Positions 25,201-35,700 of a DNA stretch of 64,000 bases are shown piece by piece. The stretch lies in assembly GCA_016748015.1 (NCBI GenBank), contig JAAOMT010000494.1, positions 612,190 through 676,189 of the forward strand. Direction: 5' to 3'. The position numbers and the translations under genes are program-made. A model generated the notes under the pieces. It did not search any database. It was not told where the DNA came from and saw only the letters and a list, made by a program, of their open reading frames with translations. Positions within the stretch are counted from its first letter, which is position 1. Each line of letters begins with the position of its first letter. The DNA comes from Geosiphon pyriformis uo1 (lineage: Eukaryota; Fungi; Glomeromycota).

Positions 25201-28200
25201 TTAACTCAAGCTTATATGCATCAATTGCAGCAAGAAATTGTCCACAATGAGTGCATGCTGTGGTGACAATAAGGAATGGCAAACTGCAATAAAGTTCTAT
25301 TAGTGCCTATGTGTCCTTGAACATTTTGGCTGACCAAAAAAACAAGAAAAATAGAATAATAAGCCATATCTCACTTATGGAGAGATTTTTTTAGATGAAA
25401 GAATGTGAAACAACATTTTTGGATGAAGAAAAACATATAACAAATTGTGTTAGTACATGGTTCTCATAAGCAACTGGGTAAGAAAAGAAACATTTATAGA
25501 TACTGCCTAAAGATGAGCAGTCAAATGTTTGGATGGCTGTTCACACAATGATAACAAAATCTGACAAATAGCACTTGCCAAAATTGAAGAAGCATTACCA
25601 GAAGAAATAAAAATGATCAAAAACAACTCACCAGAACTCATAAAACTCGACTAGAGCCCAAACCCAGATATTATCTTATAGCCTATAAACCCAAAACAAT
25701 TCCATGAGCACTACCAAGAATTAGCACTCACTAAAGAGGAACAAGAGCAACAGTTAGAAGAAATAAACACAAGACTATGTGACTATTGTTTAATCTCATA
25801 TGACTTTCAGTATTGTAATGAGTGTGACCTCATCTACAATCTATCACCACACATAATCTACATGATTCCAGAAGAAGATAAACCAATCAGCAGCTGTGTA
25901 TCAGAATTAGAATCAAATTTCAATCCTGATTTAAACTCTAACAATGATGACAACAAGAACAATAGTTCTAGCTTTGCTCAATATAACAATGAAAATAACA
26001 ACAATTTGAACTCCAATTTAAACTCTGAAACATACATTGTGCTTTTTAATCTCTCCAAGGAGCAGAAACTCATATGGTTTAGTAACAATAATAAAAGTAT
26101 CATGCCAGAACAGGCACATGATACAAATGCCAGATTTGATCTGAAATATCCAGGAAAGAATGTCATCAGATTGAAACCACATTTGCACACATACATTGAT
26201 CTCAAAATAGCACTAGAAATTTCAGCAACAACAATAGTTCAATTAACATCTAGGAGTAATTTAGCAAAAAAGGGAATTAACATCAAAGAAGAAATAATTG
26301 ATGTAGGGTATATAAAAAATATCATTGCAATGCTACAAAATAATTCAGAAAAGGCCTATATTATAGAGCCAAATAAAAAAATAGCACAGGCAATATTCCT
26401 GCCTCTGGTTAAAATAGTTCAATTAGTATTAGTAAGAAAAAAAGAATTAAGGATTACAGCTAGAGAAATACAGAGTTTTGGATTTATAGGTAGAATAGAT
26501 ATACCAGTTAATATAGCAGAAAAAAAAATTGTTGACAAGGGAGAAATTATCTTTACCTGTCAATCAATTTTTATTCTACTATATGACCAGTACATAGTAA
26601 TCATAAAAAGAAAAGTAAAGAATCAGGTAGAGATTTTTGAGGCAAAAGCAACACTTTGTGAATCAAGAAAGATTAAATTAGTCAATCTACACATACCAGT
26701 CAAGAACTATAATCACATCAAAATTTCCATTTACAACAACACAAAAGATGTTATTAAGATACCAGAAAGAACTACCATTAGATATTTAACCACCAAAATT
26801 GAGAACCAACCACCAAACCCCATTTCAGACTTCCCACAACTGTGTGAATATGTTGACATAATATCACAAACAATCTATGAACAGAACAAATATTATTTGC
26901 TTTAACCAGAACAATTGGAACAGATGAACTTAGGAAATCTAAACTTATTACAACATATGCAGCTTAAGATATTACTTAACAATTTCAATGACATCTTTGC
27001 CAGTAGAAACAAATTTGGTAGAACTGATATTATTCAGCATTAAATCAAGACTGGAGATGCAATGCCAATTAAACAAAGAGTATACAGAATACTACCAGCC
27101 AGCCATGAGATCATTCATTAAGAAATCAATTGAATGCTTAACAATAGGCTAATTCAGTCATCAATGAGCCCATGGTTATTATCAGTAATATTAGTTTGTA
27201 AAAAAAATGAAAAAATCTGGTTTGTGTAGATTACCAAAAATTGAATGGAGTAACCAAAAAAGATAGCTACCTGACTCTAAAGATCCAAAAATTGTTCAAT
27301 CCTTTTGGAGGAAAGAAATAGTTTTCAATTTTAGACTTAGACAGTAATTACTAACAAGTAACTATGAAACCAGAAGATAAAAAGAAAACAGCTTTTATAA
27401 CATGAGAAGAGAATTTCAAATTTGAGGTTATGCCATTTGGCTTGATGAATGCTCCAGCTATATTCCAATGGCTCATAGAAATTGTTTATATTAGACTGCT
27501 ATAGAAATCAGTAGTCATATACTTGAATAACACCAATGTGTTTTCAAAAAATTTTGATGATCATTTACATCATCTTCAACAAGTTTTTGAAAGACTCAGA
27601 TGAGCAAAATTGAAATTAAATGCAAACAAATACTTCTTTGGCAAAACAGAATTCAAGTTCTTGGGACATGTTGTAAGCAAAAACAGTATAAAAACGGATC
27701 CAGATAAGATTGAAATTGTTAAGAACTTTCTAGTATCAAATAATTTCACAGAATTAAGAGCATTCTTGGAATTTGCTGGATACTACTGCCACTTTATTAA
27801 AAACTTTTCCAAAATAGTTCAACCATTAGACCAACTCCAAACAAAGAACACCAAATACAAATGGACTGAAATTCAGCAAAAGGCTTTTGATATATTAAGA
27901 AAAAAGCTTATTTAAGCTTCAGTACTGATCTATTTAGATTATAGCAAGCCATTTATAATCACAACAAATGCATCTGGTCAAGCATTAGGAGCAGTACTAT
28001 CTCAAAAAGGGTTAGATGAACAAAAACACCTAGTAGCTTATACCAATAGAAGCTTAAGTCCAGCTGAAAAGAACTATGAAACTCCAGTACTAGAACACTT
28101 AGCTATTTATTGGGCTGTTATTAAATAGAAAGAATATTTGAGTCAAAAATTTGATGTATACACTGATCATAAAGGATTGACTTCAATCCAGAAGCAAAAA

Positions 28201-28322
28201 TTTGGAGACAATTGCCATGTCAGATAGAAAATAGAACTTTCACTATTTAACTATACAGTACATTACAAAAAAAGAAAAAAAATAGAAATGCCAACAGTTT
28301 GTTGTGAATGAGACAAATCTAA
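22223..28322 (+). pseudogene. B1 Gag-PR-Cys-rich-dUTPase-RT-RH polyprotein (degraded)
   Basis: ORFs 23302-23553 (capsid), 25862-26905 (dUTPase) and 27610-27915 (RT); CCHC at ~23865-23910; ends RMRQI*. Confidence 0.92.
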
Positions 28323-28353
28323 AAACATTTTAAACCAAAAATATAACAAAAAA

Positions 28354-29735
28354 ATGAATATACAAAAATACCAACAACTTCAATATTATATAAATATCCA
28401 ATTGTTCAAGGAAAAATTATCTCAAAAAAAACAAAACAACATAAAACAGCAATCAAAATATTTTATTAACCATCAAAATATACTTTATTAAAAGAACAAA
28501 AAAAATCCAGATTAGTCAACCAAAGTAATTACAAAACCAGAAAAAGAGACAATATTATTTAACATATATTCAAATCCAATAGCAGAACATTTTTACAAAG
28601 AAGCAACCATAAAAAAATCAGAAAAAAATACTATTGGCTATCAATATATCCAGATATTATCTAATATGTTCAAAATTGTGATGCTTGTTAGAAAAGAGGA
28701 GGAACAAGACCCAGTAAACTGTTAAAACCAATCAAAGTGGAACAACTATTTGATTGTATTGGAATTGACTTAGTCAGATCATTGACAATAACCAGCAGAG
28801 GCAACAGATATATTGCAGTAGCCATGGATTATCTTACAAAATAGCCAGAAGCAAAAGCCATTCAAAGAGCAGATGCAGAATCTATTGCTGAATTTATTTA
28901 TCAAGATTTAATTTGTCAATACAGATGTCCAAAAAAACTATTATCAAATCAAAAAACTTACTTTGTAAATAGAATATTGGCAGAATTAAGTTAAAAATTT
29001 GGGATAAAAAGATCATTATTATCACTATATCATTCACAAACCAATGGACTAGTAGAAAAATTTAACAGAACATTGTGTAAAACAATTGCCAAGATCAGCC
29101 AAGAAAACCAAGACAAGTGGAATTTGTTTATATCATCAGTATTATTTGCTTACCAAACAATAAAGCAAGACATCATACAAGCAACACTATTTAAATTAAT
29201 ATATGGTAGAACAGCAACATTACTAGTTAAAATAGAAGTCAAAACATATCCAACAGATTTAATAACAGAAGAAAATTTTCAAAAAACATTGTTGAGAAAA
29301 ACATATAACTTAATAGAAACACTAGAAAACAAATAGTGAAAAACAGCTAATAACATCCAAAAATTATAAAAAAAACAAAAAAAAAGGCATGATAACCAAT
29401 TACCAAATAAACCAGTCAAATTCAGGATTGAAGACAAAGTATTTTTACATTATACCAAAGCAGAAAAACAATGGAATAGAAAATTTGATCCCAAATGGGA
29501 TGGACCATTTCACATAAAAGAAATTCTAGGAAATGAAACTTATAAATTAAGGTTGAACAACAAAATATTAACCAAAGCAGCACATGAAGATTGACTGAAA
29601 TTATATAAAAACATAGTATCAGCATCCACCAGTAATATTCTACAATTAAGAGCACAGAGAATACTAGTTCAACCAAATAAAATTCCACAAGATTTAGAAC
29701 CAATCATAGTTATTGAACCAAACATGTCAAATTGA
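28354..29735 (+). pseudogene. B1 stand-alone integrase ORF (degraded)
   Basis: IGIDLV, YHSQTNGLVEKFNRTL and KWDGPFHI motifs; own ATG at 28354. Confidence 0.9.
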
Positions 29736-29790
29736 ATAACCAAAAGAGTATATAAAAACACAGTATACATAACAAAAGCAACAAAGAAAA

Positions 29791-30426
29791 ATAGAAATAC
29801 CAGATTATATTCACACTTTAGCTCAACAATTGTTTTAGGCTTTAAATTAACAACAAGTAAACATGAAAATTATCATCAACAATCAAACAATCTGTTATCA
29901 AAACACCAAACAAAAAGGGAAAAGTATATCATACCAGTAACCACAGAAACAATCAATAAACTGGTCAGATAAAATAATAGAAAAAGTAAAGAACACTTTT
30001 GGAAAGATAACCATTATTGTTCCAACAGAAGAACTGATGAAAAAAAATTGGAACCAATGAATAGACCAACTTCCAATATCATATTGCTATTATTAATTAG
30101 GACGAAAAGTAGATATTCAGAAGTTATATCTTGACAAATCCAAAAGAATCTTTAATTAAAAGATAATCTGGAACATTGAAGACATTATTAGAAAGAAAAC
30201 AAACTTGACATTACACATTAGGACCATTTATTGACTACACACTATATTTTAAAACTACCCAGAAGTATTGTTACACTCTAACATAGAAACAATAATCATC
30301 AACCAATAGAGAAAAATAAACAACTCACAAATTAAGAAAATAAAAAGTAGGGTGGAACAGACACTACTTGAAAAAAAAGTATTTGACATAATTCAAAATG
30401 AGGATTTTGATGGAGCTTAATATTAA
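29791..30426 (+). pseudogene. B1 accessory ORF3 (~211 aa)
   Basis: One frameshift-free frame of 212 codons; every internal stop is explicable by a single transition; aligns to the family-A ORF3. Confidence 0.8.
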
Positions 30427-30439
30427 AAGGAAGAGATAA

Positions 30440-31244
30440 TGTTACTCATAAAGAAAACAGATATAGAAAAATAGTAGACCAATAAGGAAGTAATAGTTAG
30501 CACATGAGCATATTGCTCAGCAATGTGAAGCAATGTTAGAAAATTAGGGCACATTACTTAGCAATATAAGCATTGCTCAAGAAATTATAGCACATTGCTC
30601 GAGAATGTGAGCAATCTCATAGAACATAAATTAAGTATATATAGTAATAGTATTAAAAGCAAAAAAAACAGACTTCTTAGTTTAGATCTTATTTAAGCAA
30701 CCTTCTATATTACAAATATTAAATAAATAATTATTCACTATCTTGAATCTATTTTTCACTATCAATGCTTCATGTTAATAGTAATTGATATTTGACCACT
30801 CTAAAACAATAGCTTTTGATTACAGCTATTGACGAGATACTAACATTTATTGTCTTGGCTTATTTTTTTTATTTTTTTTGTTATTTTTTTTGTTTTTACT
30901 AATTGATTAAAGATTAAAAAAAAGCACTGAGTTATAGACATCATAGGAACTGGTAAAAAACTCATGAAACAAGAGTAAAACACTTATAGATTTGAGAATA
31001 GCTTACCAGAAAGATTACCAGCCACCACACTGAGAAAAAAATTTAATGGAATTGTAATTCTGGAAGGCTATTGAAACAACAATTAAATCTTTGTCCATTA
31101 TACAAAGAACTCATCCAAAACCTTTAGATTATTCAAAACTTTCAGATACAAATAATCTTCAGAAACCAAGATTATTATATTAATTAAAGCACCAAGTTAC
31201 AAGTTTGTTATTTGCTTTGAGATCCCAAATAATTATCTATAATA
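30440..31244 (+). repeat. B1 3' LTR
   Basis: TGTTACTCATA...CTATAATA; repeat of 21381-22160. Confidence 0.9.
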
Positions 31245-31698
31245 TTATCCATTTGATTTTTTTGTAATAATACTGCTTTTAATGCTTGGCCTAATGTATT
31301 GATTATAATTATAAATAGTTTGCTATAGTCTGAATATATTAATATTAGAGCTTAAATAAGTTTTTTTTTAATGTGTCAAAAGCTTTTTGTTGTTTCTTAG
31401 TCTATTTATATTTGGTATTTTTGGTTTAAAGCTAAAATAGTAATTAAGCCAGTTTGAAAATTTTTTGGATAAAACAACAATAATATTTAGTAAATTTTAA
31501 GAATACTTTTAATTTTATTAAGTTTGTTGGTACTGGAAAGTTCTTGACTATTTCAATTTTGTCTGGATTTTTTTTTATGTCATTTTTGCTTATAACATAT
31601 TTTAAAAACTTAAGCTTGGTTTTTTCAAAGAAACATTTGATAATATTTAGTTTCAATTCTGCTTTTTTCAATTCTGCTTTTTTCAATTATTTAAACAC
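31245..31698 (-). pseudogene. Inverted pol segment, part 2 (RT C-terminus and RH start)
   Basis: ORF 31444-31686 (KLKFLKYVIS...PDKIEIVKNFPVP). Confidence 0.85.
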
Positions 31699-32671
31699 TG
31701 TTACCAGTAGAATTTTAGCAATTAATTAGCATGAAATTATTCTCATAATTCCTATTATTAATTAGCATATATTATTATTATTTCGATTATCACTTATTAT
31801 TTAATCAAATTATCAAATATTATTACTCAATCAATAATCTGATTTGTACTCTAGAAATTAAGATGATCAAATTACACAATACCCTGAATCATTTAACATA
31901 GTTAAAATTCGCCGAAATTAATAAAAATTGGCCGAAATAATCAATAGTTCAGTGAAATAACTTGTAGTTCACTGAAATGTATCTTTAGTTCACCCAAGTT
32001 GTAGCAAAAAGAAAAGTGCAAGTTCAAAAACTAGTACTACAGCAAGTTGTATAAAAAAAGAGCTTCTCTCTTCAAGAAAATATATCTTCTCATAGTATCT
32101 TACCATAGCATTCTACTTTAGATATCTTAATTGAAACAAATCATCTTTTATACATTCAAATAAAAAAAATTAAATATTCAAAAAACAAATCCTTTGATTA
32201 TTACACTTGAAATTTTCCAACACAACTAACGTTTTGAAATTGATTAGCTATCAATTTCAATAAACTGTTAGTGACTCCAGGCCTGGATAGAAAACGTTTT
32301 CCTTGATAAAATCCTATTTTTTTTACATTTTTTTTATTTTTTTTTATTTTTCTTATTATAATTATTAGATTAGCCTACAGACAAGATTTCTGTAGAAGAG
32401 TTGACTTTTACAGCAAAGTAACTACACATTTTTAGTGAGCTTCCAGATGAGCAATTCCTGGAAAAGAATTGATGTTTACTACAATGTAACTACATAAAGT
32501 AACTGGCAAGAAATTGGTCATTCCATTTATAAGCCCAGCAGTTCAAATTATAAGAGATAATTTGAAGATAAATTCAGTTATTGGAAGTCCAACTACTTTC
32601 TGAGAATGTGAATTCACAGCAAATCAACATTAATAATATTCAAGAAAAGAGACCAAAAACTTCCAGTAACA
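31699..32671 (+). repeat. A3 5' LTR
   Basis: TGTTACCAG...CCAGTAACA. Confidence 0.95.
31908..31998 (+). promoter_or_regulatory. U3 array of five TTCGCCGAAAT-like units at ~20-bp period
   Basis: Units start at 31908, 31928, 31948, 31968 and 31989. The array is present in all family-A LTRs. A regulatory role is inferred. Confidence 0.55.
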
Positions 32672-32716
32672 TTTGGTGCTCTCTCATGGAAATAACACAG
32701 TAACAACAAATTCAAA

Positions 32717-35700
32717 GTGGCGACCATATCAGACACAACAACTCTAGAGTATTACCAGTCAATTTACACTCACTGCAAGCAAAGATTCAACATCTCAGAC
32801 GGAATTGAAGTTGTCAAAAAATCAGTATACCAATATATTGAAAACTGCATTAACAATTATCTTTTTAGAAACTACAACATTTCAGAAGTTAGAAGCAACT
32901 TCTACAATAATTTAGTGCACTATTCACAAGTGGAAACAGAAAACCTGAATAGTAAAACTTTTGCAACCTATTTCCAAGAACTTAACTACAGCATTGTTTA
33001 GTATTGTAAAGAAAAATACCCAGTACAGTTTAAATACTCTATTGATTTCGAATTAGAAACAGAAACAAGCAACAAAGGCAAACAAAAACTGAAGCAACAT
33101 TTAAGCACCACCCCAACCACTCCAAAGACACCAAAAATAACTGTCAAACACTTGCAAACTCCAGAACAAAGAACCAGCACCAAACTTCCACTCTCAGTCA
33201 CACCCTTTCTAATTTTACTTGCTTAACCACAAACACCAAATTCACCACTTATCTGTTTCTCATAACCAGAAAATTTTCAGTCACCCAAAAGTTCTACTCA
33301 ACAACAGAAACTCATATTAACTAGCACCAATATTATTGATTACTTACAAGAAAACAAAAGTAATCATTTAGAGAACTTGGAAAGTAAAGAAACTGAATTA
33401 GAACAAGAAGAAAATGAAGAAGAAATGACAACTGCTTATATTTCAAAAATCCCAGAATTCACTGGTAAAGACAATGATACCAGCTCTCAAGAATGGCTTG
33501 ACAAAGTTCAAAAAGCAGGAGATGTAAATGGTTGAAATACAGCAAGAATGCTTAAAGCAATCCCATACTTTTTCTAAGGAACTACAGAAGAATGGTTTGA
33601 AAACTTAAAAAACCATTTGAAAACTGGCAAGCATTCAAAAATGCTTTTTTACAACAATTTACTGACAACAACACCTTTATTACTCTCTACAATCACTTTC
33701 ACAATATTAAACAAGAAACATTTGAGACTATTATAACTTATCTTAGAAGATTTAATAAACTTTTTCAACAAATTCAACAATTGGAAACCAATAAATACTA
33801 TTCTAATGTCCAGATTTTGGATCAATTCATAGCAAAATTAAAAGACAAACTTATTAAAAAAGTTTGTCCACATGCTCCAGAAAACTTAGCAACTGTCATT
33901 AGACATGCAAAGAACTATAAAATAGCAATGGAAGAAGCAAACCACACCAAACTTGTCAATCTAACTATTAGAAAAACCAGCTTAGCAGCTAAAGAGAAAA
34001 TAGACCAACTCACAAAAAAGGTTGAAAGCTACTTTACAAACCAACAACAATAGCAGCAACAACTATAAAGATACCAATCCCCACAATAATGCAACCAAAA
34101 CAATTTTGAATTACCATTCAACAACCAATCTCAAAATTGTCATTATTGTGAAATTTCAGGACATTGGAAACGAGATTGCAGGAAATTGCAAAGAAACCAA
34201 CACAACAGGAGTAATCAACATTACTCTTCACCATAACAATCTTATTACCAATCTCCACCACCAACTTATTACTTACCAAGACCACAAAATCAAAACAATT
34301 ACTATTAACCAGCTCTATAACCAATGCAACAACAATATTAACAACCTTTACCAATTCAGCAATATCAAACACCATCCACTCAACAATATTAAGTACCAGC
34401 CAGAAGATTGGTTCAACATAACCAATTCACACTCCAAAGTTAATTTCAGAATAACAACAACAAAATCAACCCGAATAACCAGTTGGTTTCCCGAAATTCT
34501 GGTCAGCAAAGACCCAATTACTATTACACTCAATCCAGTTATCTTACAATGCTTGAAGAATTGGATTTTCAACAATCTGCACTTTCTGAAGGTGAAGTTG
34601 CAGCACCAAGATTAAACTCTTCTAACAACACCATTCCATCAGCCCAAATTGCCCAAAATACCAATCTTTCAGATATCTTCTCATTCAAATTTGAGGCCAA
34701 TAAATCACTATTTTTGCTTAGCAATGCAGCAGTTAATAAACAAAAAACAATTACAACAATGTATACTGAAACTGAAGTTGAAGGAAAACCAATTCAATTA
34801 ATCTTAAACAGTAGATTAGCTGGAAGTATTATCACTTACCAATTAATACAAGAGCTTCAAAGAACGGTTAATAGACCAGCCCAAACTGTAATTGTTATTG
34901 CAGATAATATGAAAAAGACTCTAGTAAGAAAAATTAACAATTTTTTATTTACTATTGATGGAATCACTATTCCAGTTAAAGTTTTAGTCATGGATGCACT
35001 CCAATACCAAGCTCTTATTGAAAATGATTGGCTTCTTAAAACCAATGCAAATTTAGATTGGAAAACCCAGGAATTGAAGATTTCATACCAAGAACAATAC
35101 ACTAGAGTACCTGTCACCTGTGGTACTTTTAATAAAAAAACTGAAAAAGCTCCAGTATTTGAATTCAAAGAGGAGAAAGAACTACCAGTTACTGAAACCT
35201 TTATGGCTCTTGAATTATCATCCAATCGGGCTGAAAAAACAGAACAAGAAATCTTTGAGGAAACCAGAAAATGGAATGTAGTTAGATATTCTATATCAGA
35301 ACCATAGAAACAACCACTCTACATTTCACTCAAATACAAAGATTGTAACAAGAAACTTTTATCAATGGAAGCATGTATTTTTCCAGAAGAGAAATATGAA
35401 ACTCATACCTGCTATTTTTGCAAAGCATGCCATAGAGAACAATTTGGATATCCCAAAAGGAGTGGAAAATAAAACAACACTTCTTGTTTCACATGTGGAG
35501 ATATGCTACCAAAAGAATACAACTGGATTGATGTTGTAATGAAAGGAAGAGTATGTGACTAAATCTGCCAATATGTCCTATCAAATTCAGAAAAAGTTAA
35601 AAAAGAAACACCTTTTAATGCAGCATACAACAGTGTTCTCAACAAACTTTACCACTATTCTCATGATGCTAAAATGATCTTTGATTTAGCAATGACTTTA

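Larger units (their letters stand above)
21381..31244 (+). mobile_element. Element B1: full-length Ty3/Gypsy-like LTR retrotransposon, family B
   Basis: LTRs at 21381-22160 and 30440-31244, perfect TSD TTAT, PBS at 22163, PPT at 30425-30439. Same domain order as family A. Confidence 0.93.

Noticed and set aside
31651-31690. 15-bp tandem repeat (KKAELKKAELK) beside the A3 insertion
   Set aside because: Local slippage; the true TSD is the 4-bp ACAC/ATAC.
31908-31998. Regularly spaced repeats as a CRISPR array
   Set aside because: The period is ~20 bp with degenerate units inside eukaryotic LTRs; there are no unique spacers or cas genes.
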